Shown here piece by piece: positions 62,701 through 64,000 of a DNA stretch of 64,000 nt. The notes below the pieces were generated by a model, which was not told the origin of the DNA, did no database searches, and saw only the letters and a program-made list of their open reading frames with translations. The stretch's first letter is position 1, and each line of letters begins with the position of its first letter. Source of the stretch: Vicugna vicugna (taxonomy: Eukaryota); assembly GCA_013265495.1 (NCBI GenBank), contig MU061553.1, positions 12,835-76,834 on the forward strand, written 5' to 3'. Both the position numbers and the translations under genes were made by a program.

Positions 62701-64000
62701 TAATTCTATTTTCTGTTGGCCATCTCCTGACAGGAGAGAAGTTTTACCTCATGGTCATGTTTCAATTAGCTGTTACTGAGAATTGCTGATCTGACCCATA
62801 GTGTATGTATTCTATTAACTTTGTAGAGTTCTTATCATTTTTCTGTCTTTGCCCTTTAATTCTGTTTGCCCCTTCAAGATTCTATCCTATTTGGGGCCTT
62901 TATTTTTTTTAATTAAAAAAGTCTGTTAGCAGTTAAGAAAACAAAAGAAAAGAAAAAATGTACAGGATGCCTAAATTTAGAAAATACCTAGTGTGTTTTC
63001 TGTCTCGGCAATTGAGGGTTCTAGAAACTCGTGAAAACCTTCACTACACAAGTTCCTAAAAATGCTGATTAAGAAGTAAAACCTTCCTTCCTCATCTTTC
63101 AAGCTGCAAAGTTAATTGTCAAGAAAGTGAGGGGAACTCCTCAGAAGCCAAGACAAACCAGAAAGCAGGGATTCTGGGAGGTAAGGGAGCCTTAGAAGCC
63201 CTGGGGGGCCGGTTGGCTCCTGAGCTGAATTTCAGTTGCCCTGACAGGAGGGCAGGAGGTGAGCCCCAGGCCTCTCACACTGGGAGTTGGATGGCTGATC
63301 CTATGTAAGGCCAAGCACATCCTGAGAAGCCTGCTTTACTAAAGGGTGAATTAGAAAAAAAGAGAAAAACAAAACATTCCTCAAGGCAAGAAAGAAAGGA
63401 AAGTGAATTTTGTTGGAAGAGGGGAAAAATAACAAATCCAAAATAAGGATATAGTTTAAAGCTGTTCTGGCATGAGAGTGACCACAAACTCCTGGCAGAA
63501 AATCACAGCTCCTCCCGGAATGAGAAGTTGTGTTTTGAATGAATCAGTGGACAGCCATTCCGAAAAAGGCCTCCAGAGTCTTCTGGATCAAGATACTGGA
63601 CCCAAACACCTCTCTTCCAAGGTCTCATTTAAATAACCAGAAAGGTTTTAAAGGATAGAAGCCATAATCATAGTTCTATTTATTGTCATTACTATTTGCT
63701 AGGAATTCAGAGGTGACTATGGAGTTGTCTCCTCTTTTATGGACCTTACTTTCTGTTTGACATAGTTGGGGAGCTGGGTAGAGGGAGGTGTTAGTCTGTT
63801 GCAATTAGCCAGGAGAGGAGATTAAGAAAGCAGTGAAGGGTGGGTGACATTTTTTGCTGAGGACAGTCCTGTTCAGTTGGCTTTTAATTGCAGGCTCGAT
63901 GAGTTGTCACTGGAGAAAATTGATCTTACGGAAGATGGACTTAACTCAGGCCTCTTCAGAATGGACAAGTGAACCTGGAAAAAGACAGTCAAATCTGTGC
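56786..64000 (+). repeat. Segmental duplication, copy 2 (runs off the window end)
   Basis: Direct paralog of 2180-9207; lacks the ERV. Confidence 0.97.
57480..60680 (-). mobile_element. Nested LINE-1 fragments, paralog of 2880-5890
   Basis: ORF2 remnants [15 protein letters not shown] and LPKVIYKFNGIPIRIP on the minus strand. Confidence 0.9.

Overview
Mammalian genomic DNA, most likely camelid (tRNA-Ala-derived Vic-1-type SINEs), from a short-read assembly with 4 N gaps and a leftover Illumina adapter. I found no intact protein-coding gene. The window holds about 1.1 units of a ~54.6-54.8 kb head-to-tail tandem segmental duplication (2180-9207 recurs at 56786-64000). The fully visible unit carries an unprocessed, 3'-truncated TRAPPC9 pseudogene: a CpG-island promoter plus degenerate exons 2, 3, the 27-nt microexon 5, 6 and 7. 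Bases 1-2179 are the 3' end of a gamma-type (ERV1) provirus that inserted into one copy only; the empty site is at 56785/56786. It comprises an integrase tail, a cryptic two-helix hydrophobic reading frame, a syncytin-1/RD114-type env with the SDGGG receptor-binding motif, a PPT, and a 514-bp LTR with a 104-bp U3 tandem repeat. Near-identical patches between the two copies coincide with a chain of minus-strand splice-competent exons (candidate divergent lncRNA). The rest is L1, solo LTRs, DNA transposons, SINEs and simple repeats. All protein identifications are by recognition from memory, not by database search.
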